Shown here piece after piece: positions 17,311-27,466 of a stretch of DNA of 37,368 nucleotides. The stretch's first letter is position 1. Every line of letters begins with the position of its first letter. This DNA is from Candidatus Limnocylindrales bacterium (GTDB lineage: Bacteria; Moduliflexota; Moduliflexia; Moduliflexales; JAUQPW01), in contig DATMBG010000006.1 in the NCBI GenBank assembly GCA_035559535.1, forward strand, positions 124,001 to 161,368, in the 5' to 3' direction. The position numbers and the translations under genes were made by a program. The notes under the pieces were generated by a model. It was not told the DNA's origin, searched no databases, and saw only the letters and a program-made list of their open reading frames with translations.

Positions 17311-18300
17311 TTATTCCTCTTCCTGTTCTTTATAGATTTGGCGAATAATCTCCTCCAGGGGAGGTTCTGTAATGGTAATATCTTCGATATCATACTGATT
17401 CAGAAGCTGGTTGATTACATCCCGAGTGGAATTCCAGTGGGTATCCACGGTAACTTTGAGTTTATAATCAGTTTTCTCTAAAAGTGTACAACCTTTACAG
17501 GTAAAGGGGTCTTTCCCAGGGGTGTTGAGGGTTGCTTCGATAACCCTGCGGTGGAGATACGTTTTCTTGAGTCCGTTTACATCTCGATCATAAATGATTT
17601 TTCCCAGGTTAAGGATAATAACCCGTTCGCAGAGTGTTTCAATATCTCCTGCATCGTGGGAGGTAATAAAAATCGTGGTTCCCTCGGTACGATTAATGGT
17701 TCGGATGTGTTCCCGCAGTATCTGTTTGGCCACCACATCCAGGCCTATGGTCGGTTCATCCAAGAAGATAATGGAAGGTTTGTGAAGAAGGCAAGCCACC
17801 AACTCCGCCCGCATCCGCTGACCCAAGGACAATTTTCGTACGGGAGTATGAACAAAACTTTTTATCTCCAATAAATCTATTAAATAATCCAGGCGTTGGC
17901 GAAAAGTATGGGAATCCAGTTCATAAATCTTTGAAAAAAGATAAAAGGTTTCCATGGCAGGAAGATGGTACCAGAGTTGGGATTTCTGACCAAAAACAGA
18001 ACCAATGTGAAAAGATAACTTTTTCCGCTCTTTCCAGGGGTTAAACCCAAGCACCCGAGCTTCACCGGAGGTCGGAAAAAGAATGCCCGTTAGCATCTTG
18101 ATGGTCGTCGACTTACCAGATCCATTAGGGCCAATAAATGCGAGGGTCTCTCCAGATTTTACAGTAAAGTTTAGATTTTTTACGGCCTCAATCCAACGAT
18201 ACTGGGGTTTGAAGAGAGCCTTGAAGCTATTTTTAAGACCAGGGGGCTTAATCTTAACTCGGAAGGTTTTCGTCAGGTTTCTTACCTCAATGGCATCCAT
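17311..18300 (-). CDS. ABC transporter ATP-binding protein
   Basis: GPNGSGKSTT, VFGQKSQLW, LSLGQRMR, FLDEPTIGLD, TSH. Start placed at the second ATG (18300) because of the promoter position; the ORF track uses 18306. Confidence 0.93.
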   Translation of the reverse strand: MDAIEVRNLTKTFRVKIKPPGLKNSFKALFKPQYRWIEAVKNLNFTVKSGETLAFIGPNGSGKSTTIKMLTGILFPTSGEARVLGFNPWKERKKLSFHIGSVFGQKSQLWYHLPAMETFYLFSKIYELDSHTFRQRLDYLIDLLEIKSFVHTPVRKLSLGQRMRAELVACLLHKPSIIFLDEPTIGLDVVAKQILREHIRTINRTEGTTIFITSHDAGDIETLCERVIILNLGKIIYDRDVNGLKKTYLHRRVIEATLNTPGKDPFTCKGCTLLEKTDYKLKVTVDTHWNSTRDVINQLLNQYDIEDITITEPPLEEIIRQIYKEQEEE

Positions 18301-18308
18301 ATCCATGG

Positions 18309-18337
18309 ATGATAGGTACAGATTAAAGGATTGTCAA
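18309..18337 (-). promoter_or_regulatory. sigma70 promoter directly abutting the start codon
   Basis: Minus strand TTGACA-17nt-TATCAT. Confidence 0.7.
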
Positions 18338-18581
18338 GAGTGAATGACAGAGTAAGCTGAATGACAAGGGTATAAGGAGGAATCGGACCAAGTAATACGT
18401 TGAAGAGGTCCTCTTAACAGACTTTACTCCCCTTGGGATTAAACTCCTGGATAAACTAAGGGGTAGGGTTATTTTTTGCTAAAAGACTTCCAGAGTTTTC
18501 CTATAAGGGATCGGGTTTGGCTCTAAGGGGTAGGGTTAGTAAACCTCCCGGTTCTCCCAAAGCTTTATAGCAACCGTAAAC

Positions 18582-18634
18582 GGGGTATTTTAGTAAAACC
18601 CGGACCCTGGTCCGAGGTTTTACTAAAATACTCC
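18582..18634. repeat. Long palindrome (REP-like; possible terminator of the gene at 18698..19564)
   Basis: GGGGTATTTTAGTAAAACC-CGGACC-CT-GGTCCG-A-GGTTTTACTAAAATACTCC. Confidence 0.7.
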
Positions 18635-18697
18635 TTAGAGGTTTTCTGAAATTTTACTGGGACCGGTGCTTTTCAGGATTATCAATGTCTGTTGCTA

Positions 18698-19564
18698 TCA
18701 ATCATCATCATCGTCTTCATTATCATTGTCCTTTTTCTTTCCCTTTAAGGAGAAGCCAGACACAAAAGCATCATCTGTAAGGGTCACCGGAGGTTTTGTG
18801 AAAGAGGTTCCGGAAGGAAGAATGATAAAATTGAGAGCGGCACTGGTTCCCGAAGGGAAAAGAGGTAAATTTCCTTCCGACCCATGAATTTCCCCATCGT
18901 TATCCAGATCTTCTATGGTTCCTATGAGTTCATCTGTATCGGGAAGCGTATTATGTTGCCATACATCATAGCTACTTCCGGGGGGAACATTATCAATCTC
19001 AATTCTGGCGCTTCCATTGGCCCGAATTTTGAATTCCCCGTTATCCAGCCCGGTAGCCCCGGTAATTATATCCCCCACGAATAAAGGCCTCGCCGAATTG
19101 GGGAATAGGGGAAGGGCAAATCCGGTTACAAAGGAATCATCCCCTAAGGAAACAGGTGGGGGGGTAAAGGTAACCGTGGAGGGAATGATAATAAACGCCG
19201 GTGAAGAACTGCTGCCCCTCAAAAAGGGTTTAAACTTTCCCTCTACTCCACGAATAGCCCCATCCCCATTACGGTCAGCCAGGATCGCAATCTGGGTATT
19301 GGTATCGGTTAGGGTCTCGTGCAACCACACCTGATAACTTCCTCCCGGAGTAACACCGTTAATATTGAGTTGTACGTTCCCGTTATTAAAAATCCTCAGG
19401 CGGCCTCGCAACTGACCAGTTCCCGCCGTTATGACTTGTGCTTTATAGATCTCTTCATCCGACTTGGCCCATAGGTCTGAGGCGAACAGACCTATCTCCA
19501 ACATCAGGAACAGCAAGGAAAAACTTACTAGTTTCCCATTCCGTAAAAGTCTAACCTTCATCAT
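18698..19564 (-). CDS. Secreted hypothetical protein with two tandem ~115-aa repeats
   Basis: Signal peptide, SD GGAGAGGT, clear internal duplication (PGGSYQVWLHETL / PGSSYDVWQHNTL; DDSFVTGF / DDAFVSGF), acidic tail. Confidence 0.8.
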   Translation of the reverse strand: MMKVRLLRNGKLVSFSLLFLMLEIGLFASDLWAKSDEEIYKAQVITAGTGQLRGRLRIFNNGNVQLNINGVTPGGSYQVWLHETLTDTNTQIAILADRNGDGAIRGVEGKFKPFLRGSSSSPAFIIIPSTVTFTPPPVSLGDDSFVTGFALPLFPNSARPLFVGDIITGATGLDNGEFKIRANGSARIEIDNVPPGSSYDVWQHNTLPDTDELIGTIEDLDNDGEIHGSEGNLPLFPSGTSAALNFIILPSGTSFTKPPVTLTDDAFVSGFSLKGKKKDNDNEDDDDD

Positions 19565-19623
19565 AACCTCTCCTTTCCTTTCAAAGGGTTTTTAAAGAAA
19601 TAAGTTTACCTGGGTAAATTTCC

Positions 19624-19640
19624 TGCAACAATAATACCAT
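19624..19640 (-). promoter_or_regulatory. sigma54 promoter
   Basis: Minus strand ATGGTATTATTGTTGCA (GG-N10-GC, TTGCA), about 60 bp upstream of the start codon. Confidence 0.6.
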
Positions 19641-19837
19641 TGGGTAGTGTGTAAGGAATTTTGCGTTAGAATTATACCTTCCTGGGAAGCTTATTTTAGC
19701 TTGAGTCCTCAACCATTTTTATAAAATAAAGACGAACTTTATAGGGTTTTGTTCCACATTTTAAATGGAGCGTATGTTTGCTACCAGAAACAGTTTGAAG
19801 GTTTTGCGGATTCTTTCGCTTCTTCCTGAAGGGTGAA

Positions 19838-20413
19838 TTATTTAGGAAAAGATGCGAAATGAATAATAGTCTTTTCGATTATTTTTCCGGTATTTGGATC
19901 TATCCCCTTATCTGTAATCTCGATATCCAGCCTTTTTTCATTATCCCGGGCTATATAGCGACGTAAAATTATGCCCTTAAAATCTTCTGGGTTAACCTTA
20001 TCAAATCCGTTTAGCTTTAAGCCGTTAGCCCATTCTTCTAAAGATCTTTCTTGATCTTTGAAGGTAATCTTCAATTTGTCCTCGTAAAATTTTTTCACTT
20101 TATCCACGGGATCTGCTGTGACATAGACGGTTACCTTCATCTGGTCCAACATCTTTAGAGTTTTTTCCACTTCCTGAAGCTGGGCTTCTTCTTTCTTTCG
20201 ATCTTCATCGGTTTTGGCTTCTTTTAGAGATGTTTCCGTAAGAGATCTTAAAGAAGAGATGGTGGATTTAGCAACCGTCCGGATAGCATCTGCCATGGCT
20301 TGATTTGACTGGGCTCCCGGGTAGGCAGGGGGCATCTGAGCGGAGGCTAGGGGGGATCCTATTACTCCTATCCAACCCAAGAAAAGGGGGACACCCAAAA
20401 AGAGTCTTTTCAT
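19838..20413 (-). CDS. Secreted hypothetical protein
   Basis: 191-aa ORF with a signal peptide (..PLASA|QM) and a charged helical segment. Confidence 0.75.
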   Translation of the reverse strand: MKRLFLGVPLFLGWIGVIGSPLASAQMPPAYPGAQSNQAMADAIRTVAKSTISSLRSLTETSLKEAKTDEDRKKEEAQLQEVEKTLKMLDQMKVTVYVTADPVDKVKKFYEDKLKITFKDQERSLEEWANGLKLNGFDKVNPEDFKGIILRRYIARDNEKRLDIEITDKGIDPNTGKIIEKTIIHFASFPK

Positions 20414-20520
20414 GGTTTGAAAGGAAAAATCCTTTTAACCTCTTTACCGAGGGGGAAATCCCTCTTTGGGTTTTCCGATTAAGTAAAGAGAGTCAATAAG
20501 GATTTTTTTTCCATAACTTT

Positions 20521-21165
20521 TCACTTATATAGCTGGAAGAGAAGTTTTCCTATATTTCTCTGCAGGTTTTGAAGATAAGGCCAGATCAAAGAAGTTCTCC
20601 CAAAATCCCTTGCTTTGGCCCAAGCCTCGCTTTTTGGGATTTCGGGATTCTCTAGCTCGTAAACGGCTAGATATTTAGGAGTTCCTTCCACAGCTCGATA
20701 CCTCTTGGCACTACGAACTCCTTCCACCTTAACCAGGGCCGGGATATGGTCCTCATTATACCAGGCGTTGAATTCATCCTCTTTCTCCGAAGAAACATCC
20801 ACCCGTACTGTAAGGACATAGGGTGATCCTTCCCGAGAAGATGGGCCATAAGAGAAAATTTCTTCGTAAATATTACGGACGAAATCCTGGAAAAGGGCCA
20901 TGGTCTTTTGAGACCAGGGGGTTGGATTCTGTAAAGCCTTTTGATAAGGTTCTCTGGATAAAACACCAGGCTCCTCTAACTCATAGAGGGCAAAGTATTT
21001 AGGTTCTCCTTCCAGACTGACATAACGTCTGGCAGTTAAAAAACCGGGTATACTGATCCGCTCTTGAAGATGCTCAGTATTATACCAGCGATTAAACTCT
21101 TCTTCATAATCCGGTGGAATATTCATCCAGGCCGTCAGAAGCCCTTTAGGTTGTGATGATGCCAT
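20521..21165 (-). CDS. Tandem DUF4286/EthD-like dimeric alpha+beta barrel protein
   Basis: Two repeats of EEFNxWYNxxH...xxGxxxAxRY...PKYxAxYELE. Start placed at ATG 21165 after SD AAGGAGG. Confidence 0.8.
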   Translation of the reverse strand: MASSQPKGLLTAWMNIPPDYEEEFNRWYNTEHLQERISIPGFLTARRYVSLEGEPKYFALYELEEPGVLSREPYQKALQNPTPWSQKTMALFQDFVRNIYEEIFSYGPSSREGSPYVLTVRVDVSSEKEDEFNAWYNEDHIPALVKVEGVRSAKRYRAVEGTPKYLAVYELENPEIPKSEAWAKARDFGRTSLIWPYLQNLQRNIGKLLFQLYK

Positions 21166-21514
21166 ACTGCCCTCCTTTCGATTAATAAATCCATTAACCC
21201 ATTGTCTTGAACCCTTCGACTCAATCACCCCATGAAACTTAATTTCTGGATTCCTGAAAATCAAGAAAAATTTATCGACCTGATATTAAGTCAGGATTGA
21301 AATGGGATGTAAAGTAAGGACCGCTCTACCCTTTCCCTCCCTGCATGTGGAGAGGGAAAGGAGGAGCTGCCTAACGGGCCATACCGAATCGCCTCTCCTC
21401 AGGATACAATCTCAAGGGTTTGGTAGAAAGATTCAAAAGTTCTACTTTGAAGATCAAAAAAATTTGAAAGGGATGGGAATTGGAAAAATCTGATTCCAGG
21501 AATAGATTATTTCC

Positions 21515-21844
21515 ATGGGGGATGAAAATCTGGAACAAGGTAACTCTCAAAGGGAAGAGGAGGAAGCAGATTTTCCGGAAATCGTTGAGCTTCCTTTAGA
21601 AGATGTTTTGGATCTTCATACTTTCTTGCCCAAGGAAATTCCGGACCTGGTAGAAGATTACATCCAACAGGCCTATCAAGCCGGATTTAAGCAGGTACGT
21701 ATTATCCATGGTAAGGGAAAGGGAGTCCAGCGGGCCATAGTACATTCCATATTGAAGAGAAATCCCTACGTTGAGGCTCTGAAGGTACCCCCCCTGGAGT
21801 TGGGAGGATGGGGGGTTACCCTTGTTATTTTGAAGGATTCCTAG
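21515..21844 (+). CDS. Smr (small MutS-related) domain protein
   Basis: [27 protein letters not shown]. Confidence 0.92.
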   Translation: MGDENLEQGNSQREEEEADFPEIVELPLEDVLDLHTFLPKEIPDLVEDYIQQAYQAGFKQVRIIHGKGKGVQRAIVHSILKRNPYVEALKVPPLELGGWGVTLVILKDS

Positions 21845-23772
21845 CTCTCATTTTTTTGATCCTCCACTTCCGGAGCCCTTTTAATCAGACCTTTCCCTGC
21901 GGGACGGTATTTTCTTACATCGATGTGATATCTTTTAATGATCTTCCTAAAGTTACTTTTATCTAACCCTAATTCTCTGGCTGCCGCACCGACATTGCCT
22001 TTATGTTTGGTGAGGATCCAGCCTAGGAGTTCCGTGTGGAAGTTCTCCAGAGCCTGCTCTTTTAATTCCTGATAATGTCCCAATGTGAATTCCGGATCCT
22101 TTTTATTTTTAAAAGGATTCAAAATTCCATATTCGGCTATGGCCTGTGGGAGAGAATTAAGGGTGAGGGTATCTGACTCTTCAAAGACCACGGCCCGTTC
22201 AATAACATTTTCGAGTTCCCGGACGTTACCCGGCCACGGATAATTGACCAGGGCATGCATGACTTCTGGGGACATTTTGACTTTCTTTCCTAGGCGCTCA
22301 CACGTTTTCTTCAGAAAGTGGTTGACCAGTAGTTGAATATCCTCTCCCCTTTCCCGGAGGGGAGGTAAAACAATGGGAATGACATTCAGGCGGTAGAGCA
22401 GATCTTGTCTAAAATTCCCTTTTCGAGCCTCTTCTTCCAGATTTTTATTCGTAGCTGCTATAATCCGAACATCAATTTTAATAGGGTTGTCCCCTCCCAC
22501 CCGGAAAATCTCTTTTTCTTGAAGGACCCGCAGGAGTTTTACCTGGGTAGTCAGAGACATCTCTCCAATTTCATCCAGGAAAATCGTTCCTTTATGGGCT
22601 AATTCAAACTGTCCTTTCTTCTGTCGATCTGCACCCGTAAAAGCACCTTTCTCATGACCGAAGAGCTCACTTTCGATAAGGGTTTCTGTTAAGGCTGCAC
22701 AATTAACAGCCCGGAAGGGGCCTTTTGCCCGAGGACTGTTATAGTGTATGGCTTTTGCAATCAATTCCTTTCCCGTGCCGCTCTCACCCTGAATTAAGAC
22801 ATTGGAATCAATCTGAGAGACCTGTTCGATGATTTTAAAGATTTGCATCATCTTAGGACTGTAACCGATGATGTCTTTTTTAAATTTGTAGCGTAACTCC
22901 AACTCCTTATCTTTGCGTTGTAGCTCTTGAGTTACCCTCTGGAGTTCTTCTTCTTTTTGCTCCACGGCCAACTCTAGTTTTTTCTCCTTGGAGAGATCTC
23001 TGGAAATACTCACAAACCCTAGAGGGGCTCCATTTTCATCTTTCCTGAGACTGAATATAGTGTGTACAGGAAAGCTTTCTTGATTCTTTCGAACTCCTTC
23101 AATTTCATCTTCAAAACGCCCTGTTTTAATCAAAGAGTCAATAACCTGTTGAACCTGCTCGGGTTTACCCAATGCTTTAGGATACAAAACTCCAATAGGC
23201 TTTCCAATAATCTCTTCTATTTCATAGCCAAAAGCTCTGCGAGCCCCTTCATTAAAGGTTAAAATAGTTCCCTGCAAGTCACCGGTTAAGATGGAGTAAT
23301 CAGACCAGTCCATGATACTGTTGAGAAAGTTATTGGCCCGGATAAGATTTTTGTTGGCTAGCTCCAGTTCCCGGTTCTTCTCTTTTAAAGCATCTTTACT
23401 CTTTTTGAGGCGTACCAGAACCCGGACCCGGGCCCTTAATTCTTCAGCCTCATAGGGAGAGACAATGTAATCCTCCCCACCCACTTCTAACCCTTTCACA
23501 ACGCTTTCCGTATCTCGATATACGGCCGTAGTAAAGAGAACCGGGATATCTTGAGTGATCGGATTTTCTTTGAGCCTCTGACAGACCTCGAACCCATCCA
23601 TCTCCGGCATATTTATATCCAACAAAATACAATCTGGGACTTCTTCGGCAGCCTTCCTGAGGCCTTCCTCCGGTTCTGTTGCGGTGATGATCTCGTGGTT
23701 ATCTTCCTTGAGCTTAATGCTCGCAGAAAAGATATTGTCGGCTCTATCATCGATGATTAAAATCTTTGCCAT
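21841..23772 (-). CDS. sigma54-dependent response regulator (REC-PAS-AAA+-HTH; NtrC family)
   Basis: ILIIDD / LLDINMP receiver, PAS domain, [40 protein letters not shown], Fis-type HTH. Confidence 0.95.
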   Translation of the reverse strand: MAKILIIDDRADNIFSASIKLKEDNHEIITATEPEEGLRKAAEEVPDCILLDINMPEMDGFEVCQRLKENPITQDIPVLFTTAVYRDTESVVKGLEVGGEDYIVSPYEAEELRARVRVLVRLKKSKDALKEKNRELELANKNLIRANNFLNSIMDWSDYSILTGDLQGTILTFNEGARRAFGYEIEEIIGKPIGVLYPKALGKPEQVQQVIDSLIKTGRFEDEIEGVRKNQESFPVHTIFSLRKDENGAPLGFVSISRDLSKEKKLELAVEQKEEELQRVTQELQRKDKELELRYKFKKDIIGYSPKMMQIFKIIEQVSQIDSNVLIQGESGTGKELIAKAIHYNSPRAKGPFRAVNCAALTETLIESELFGHEKGAFTGADRQKKGQFELAHKGTIFLDEIGEMSLTTQVKLLRVLQEKEIFRVGGDNPIKIDVRIIAATNKNLEEEARKGNFRQDLLYRLNVIPIVLPPLRERGEDIQLLVNHFLKKTCERLGKKVKMSPEVMHALVNYPWPGNVRELENVIERAVVFEESDTLTLNSLPQAIAEYGILNPFKNKKDPEFTLGHYQELKEQALENFHTELLGWILTKHKGNVGAAARELGLDKSNFRKIIKRYHIDVRKYRPAGKGLIKRAPEVEDQKNES

Positions 23773-23876
23773 AACGTCCTGACTCTCTGCTGTTATAAGT
23801 ATGCAGCTTGGATAAAGTAAACACTTTGTGCTCCATACTTATATTTAGCAAATTTTTAAGGACAACTCAAATCATC

Positions 23877-23937
23877 TAGGAATTAGGGATTAGGAATCGG
23901 TGATCTCCTATTTCTAATTCCCAATTCCTAATTCCTA
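23877..23937. repeat. Inverted 7-mer tandem repeats (TAGGAAT / ATTCCTA)
   Basis: taggaat-tagggat-taggaat ... tttcta-attccca-attccta-attccta. Confidence 0.7.
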
Positions 23938-26928
23938 TTAGATCCCTCCTTTGGAAATGGGATTCTGAGAGGATGGCGAATCGGGAACTTTATTTAACCA
24001 ATCCTGGACTTTCTTTATCAAGTCGGCCTCCTGGACAGGTTTTATCAGATAATCGTTTCCTCCCGCCTGGAGGATTTTATCGCGGACTTCTTCGGTAACC
24101 TCGCTGATCATCCCGATAATGGGGGTTTCTTTAAACTCCTCCATTTCCCGAAGGGTTTTAATAGCCGTCTCACCTGCTACCAGGGGTAGCGTTAAATCCA
24201 TCAGAATCAAATTTGGTTTAATTTTTGAAGCCTTACGAATTCCATCCTGTCCATCATCGGCTATAACCAGATCAAATCCTGCCTCCACAAGGGCTACTTT
24301 AACGAGATACTGAATCGATCTGTTATCCTCTACCAATAGAATTTTAGGACCATTTCGAGTTGTCGGCTTCAGCTCGAATTTTCCATAGAGGATCTTTGCT
24401 TTTTTTTCTCCTTCCAGGATGAAGCTCAATACATCGGGATCTATCCGGTCTTCGTGGGTTGGGATTTGAAAAGTAAAGGTGGATCCTTCCTTGAGTTCAC
24501 TGTGGGCTCGTATCTCTCCGTCAAGCATCTGAACCAGCTTTTTGGATATGGCTAATCCCAGGCCGGTCCCTTGAAAACGGCGGACTGAAGCAGGATCCAC
24601 CTGGCTAAACTCCTCGAAGATAATTTCCAGATTCTCCCTTGAAATTCCAATTCCAGTATCCGATACGGAAAACTGAATAAACGGTTTTGGAGGATCTTCC
24701 GGGGTAAGTGTTTTAACACTCAAGACAATTAAACCCTCCTTGGTAAATTTAATAGCATTACTCAGGAGGTTTAAAAGTACCCTTCTAACTTTTTCTTCAT
24801 CGCTGTAAATCACCAAAGGGGTTCCTTCAGCCACTTCAACCAGGAATCGGAGTCCTTTCTTTTCGGCCTGGAGAGAAATAATTTCCACAACCTCATCGAT
24901 CAGGCGATTGACGACAAAGGGTCGATAGTTAATTTTCATTTTACCGGCCTCTACTTTGGAAATATCCAGAAGATCGTTGATCATTTCCAGGAGGTCTTTG
25001 CCACTGTTATAAATAATCTTTACATACTCCCCCAATTCTGGTTTCAACTCTCCTGGGATTTTCCGTGCAAGGGCCTCGGACAGAGATAGGATAGAGTCGA
25101 GAGGGCTTCTCAGTTCGTGGGACAGATTGGCTAAAAAAGCAGCCTTTAATCGGTTGAATTCTTGCAATTTTCTATTCATCTGTTCCAGCTGAAGATTTTT
25201 TTCCTCTAATTGTTTATTCATCCGTTCCAACTGAAGATTTTTTTCCTCCAGCTCTTCGGTTCTCTTCTTAACCATCAATTCCAGTCTGGAGTAAGACCCT
25301 TCGATTTCCTCTGCCATTCTCGAAAAGGTTTTTGTCAGTAAAGCCAACTCGGTAGGGGCCACAATATCTTCGGAGAAAATATTTCCCCGATTTCCTCCAA
25401 GGATGGGTCGGATACGCAGGTTCTCTGTGAATACCCGGGTTGCTTTTTCCAGTTTCCGGACAGGATAGGAAATGGCCCTGGAAAGGAAGATCCCGATAAG
25501 AACGGAAATTCCGGAAATCACAAGAATCCGTTGGGCCAGTTGCTTGTAGATATTCTGAATCTCCGGGTAAATCCCTGCTAAAGATTGTTCGATGAGAACT
25601 TTCCATCCTAAGGGATCAATAACCTGGAAACCCACCAGGCGAATAGTGGATTCGGGTGAGGTCCTCTTTTCGAGATCCTCTCGATAGTACTGGGAGATTC
25701 CAGAATCCCCCGTAAAGATTTGGGCAAGAGGTTTCGTTTTGCTGAGGTCTTCAAGGGTTCGATAACGTTTTGGATCATTGGAGCTTATCACTTGATTATG
25801 CTCATCAATTACCAGGATCTCTCGTTCTTTGTCGGTCTTGAATGGATCAATTAAATCGGTAATAACCCTTAAATTCAAAAACCCTCCGATAACGGCTTTT
25901 ATCTCTCCCCTATCATCCAAAATGGGATGAGCCAGAACCATCATGGGTTCGGATCCCCTCATAAAAAAAGCTTCGGAAACCATGGAGGTTTTTTTCTGGA
26001 TCAGTTTTTTGTGATATTCTTGATCGTTAAAATGAATCTCTTGTAAAATACCCGGTGAGGGATCCATCGTTTGAATGCGTCCGGAACCATCGGCTAAGTA
26101 AAAGGCAGAAAATCCTTCGGATTCTTTATAAAAAGAGGTAATCAGCGTTCTTAGCTCTCCAGAGGGTTGAAAATCCCTTCGAGCCTCCAATTGCCTGACC
26201 AGGGTCTGAAATCTTTCTGTGTGAAATTTCACATACCCACCAATACCTGCACTGAGAGAATGGGAGAGCTCTCTAAGATTATTTTTTCTTTCTTCTAATT
26301 CCTTCTTAATTTGGGAACGGCTATTGACAAGGCTGATAATGACCACCGGAGTAACGGCGATAAGTATAAACGCAACCAACAGATAAGACTGGAGACTCTC
26401 ACTTCGACGTCTCTCTGATTCTGATAGAAAACGGTTTATCGGAGGAACCAGCAAGAGAAGTAACTGAGCTATTGCAATGTTAAGGAAGCCATTCCATATT
26501 AACCCAATCCCCAGGGTACTTGCATAGGTCTTTGAATAATTCAGCCAAAGCGTATCTGTCCAGTATAGCAAAGGAGACCCTATAAGGACCCAGTAGAAAG
26601 TATCTACCAGAACAGGAAATCTTTCCCTTATCAAACTCCCTAGGATGAGGGCCTCCAAACCATAAAGGAGATAGAGTAGAATTCCATGAAGGGAACCCCA
26701 TAGAAACAAAATATAACTTGAAGCTATCATAGCCGTCAAAGTCCCCCACTGGGGTCCAAGGGTCAGGGTAATGATTAAGGTAGGAATACTTCCGAAGAGA
26801 ATCCAGACTTTATAAAACAGCTCGATAGGAAAGATATTTAACAGAAAACCGATCGTTCCTGCCAGAAAGGTAATCCTTGCTTTACGTGGGATCTGGTTTT
26901 TCACTTCTTTTAAAATCAACGGAATCAT
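23938..26928 (-). CDS. Membrane hybrid histidine kinase (multi-TM sensor, Cache-like domain, HAMP, HisKA, HATPase, REC)
   Basis: ANLSHELRSPL, NLLSNAIKFT, DTGIGI, GTGLGLAIS; C-terminal receiver LLVEDN / LMDLTLP / YLIKP. Confidence 0.93.
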   Translation of the reverse strand: MIPLILKEVKNQIPRKARITFLAGTIGFLLNIFPIELFYKVWILFGSIPTLIITLTLGPQWGTLTAMIASSYILFLWGSLHGILLYLLYGLEALILGSLIRERFPVLVDTFYWVLIGSPLLYWTDTLWLNYSKTYASTLGIGLIWNGFLNIAIAQLLLLLVPPINRFLSESERRRSESLQSYLLVAFILIAVTPVVIISLVNSRSQIKKELEERKNNLRELSHSLSAGIGGYVKFHTERFQTLVRQLEARRDFQPSGELRTLITSFYKESEGFSAFYLADGSGRIQTMDPSPGILQEIHFNDQEYHKKLIQKKTSMVSEAFFMRGSEPMMVLAHPILDDRGEIKAVIGGFLNLRVITDLIDPFKTDKEREILVIDEHNQVISSNDPKRYRTLEDLSKTKPLAQIFTGDSGISQYYREDLEKRTSPESTIRLVGFQVIDPLGWKVLIEQSLAGIYPEIQNIYKQLAQRILVISGISVLIGIFLSRAISYPVRKLEKATRVFTENLRIRPILGGNRGNIFSEDIVAPTELALLTKTFSRMAEEIEGSYSRLELMVKKRTEELEEKNLQLERMNKQLEEKNLQLEQMNRKLQEFNRLKAAFLANLSHELRSPLDSILSLSEALARKIPGELKPELGEYVKIIYNSGKDLLEMINDLLDISKVEAGKMKINYRPFVVNRLIDEVVEIISLQAEKKGLRFLVEVAEGTPLVIYSDEEKVRRVLLNLLSNAIKFTKEGLIVLSVKTLTPEDPPKPFIQFSVSDTGIGISRENLEIIFEEFSQVDPASVRRFQGTGLGLAISKKLVQMLDGEIRAHSELKEGSTFTFQIPTHEDRIDPDVLSFILEGEKKAKILYGKFELKPTTRNGPKILLVEDNRSIQYLVKVALVEAGFDLVIADDGQDGIRKASKIKPNLILMDLTLPLVAGETAIKTLREMEEFKETPIIGMISEVTEEVRDKILQAGGNDYLIKPVQEADLIKKVQDWLNKVPDSPSSQNPISKGGI

Positions 26929-26995
26929 AGGAAATTAAATAACTTGTAGAGGGGTTTTAACAAACCCTCTAGTCGGTAACTTCTTACATCCTCTC

Positions 26996-27024
26996 AGCTT
27001 ACCCAGGACTTATTCCATTGTCAA
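26996..27024 (-). promoter_or_regulatory. sigma70 promoter of the kinase/regulator operon
   Basis: Minus strand TTGACA-17nt-TAAGCT. Confidence 0.6.
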
Positions 27025-27075
27025 GGAGGTAAATTATCCTTCCCTCTTTCCGTGGAATTTTATTTTTGAAGATTC

Positions 27076-27092
27076 AGCAATAACCATGCCAG
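27076..27092 (-). promoter_or_regulatory. sigma54 promoter of the kinase/regulator operon
   Basis: Minus strand CTGGCATGGTTATTGCT, near consensus. Confidence 0.75.
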
Positions 27093-27129
27093 TAACGTGA
27101 AATAACCCCTCCCCTTCCCATTTCTAGAA

Positions 27130-27292
27130 GGTAGAGAGCTACCCCTATCTGAGAAGTTGACCTGAAAGAACACTTTTCCGACTCCCTTTGTTTCAAGAGG
27201 AAGGTAAAAAACAACCCTCTTTTCGGAGTCGAACATAGGGCAAAAACTTATTTATCGGTCTGGAATTTCTCCGGCTGTGGTAGAGAAGTACC
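27130..27292. promoter_or_regulatory. Three GGTA-N6-TACC palindromes (candidate enhancer sites)
   Basis: GGTAGAGAGCTACC 27130..27143, GGTAAAAAACAACC 27203..27216 (1 mismatch), GGTAGAGAAGTACC 27279..27292. Confidence 0.6.
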
Positions 27293-27366
27293 CTGTTAAG
27301 GGGGAACTTCAAATCCAGTTTGGATAAATTCCTTGAAGTTTCTATAAATCTTAGGGATATTAATTA

Positions 27367-27382
27367 TGGCAAAATTTATGCA
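27367..27382 (+). promoter_or_regulatory. sigma54 promoter
   Basis: TGGCAAAATTTATGCA (GG-N10-GC), upstream of the ATG at 27467. Confidence 0.65.
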
Positions 27383-27466
27383 CCGACCGGGAAAGAAATA
27401 GATTTGTTTTACAAAGCAAAAACCTTAGAGAAATTGGTTTTAGAATCATCTAAAAAGGAGGCTTTT

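Noticed and set aside
18456-18538. Mini CRISPR array (67-bp period)
   Set aside because: Only two 16-bp copies, too short for CRISPR repeats, with no third unit and no cas genes in the window.
27320-27466. N-terminal extension of the DUF883-like ORF
   Set aside because: It overlaps the sigma54 promoter, and a strong SD supports ATG 27467.
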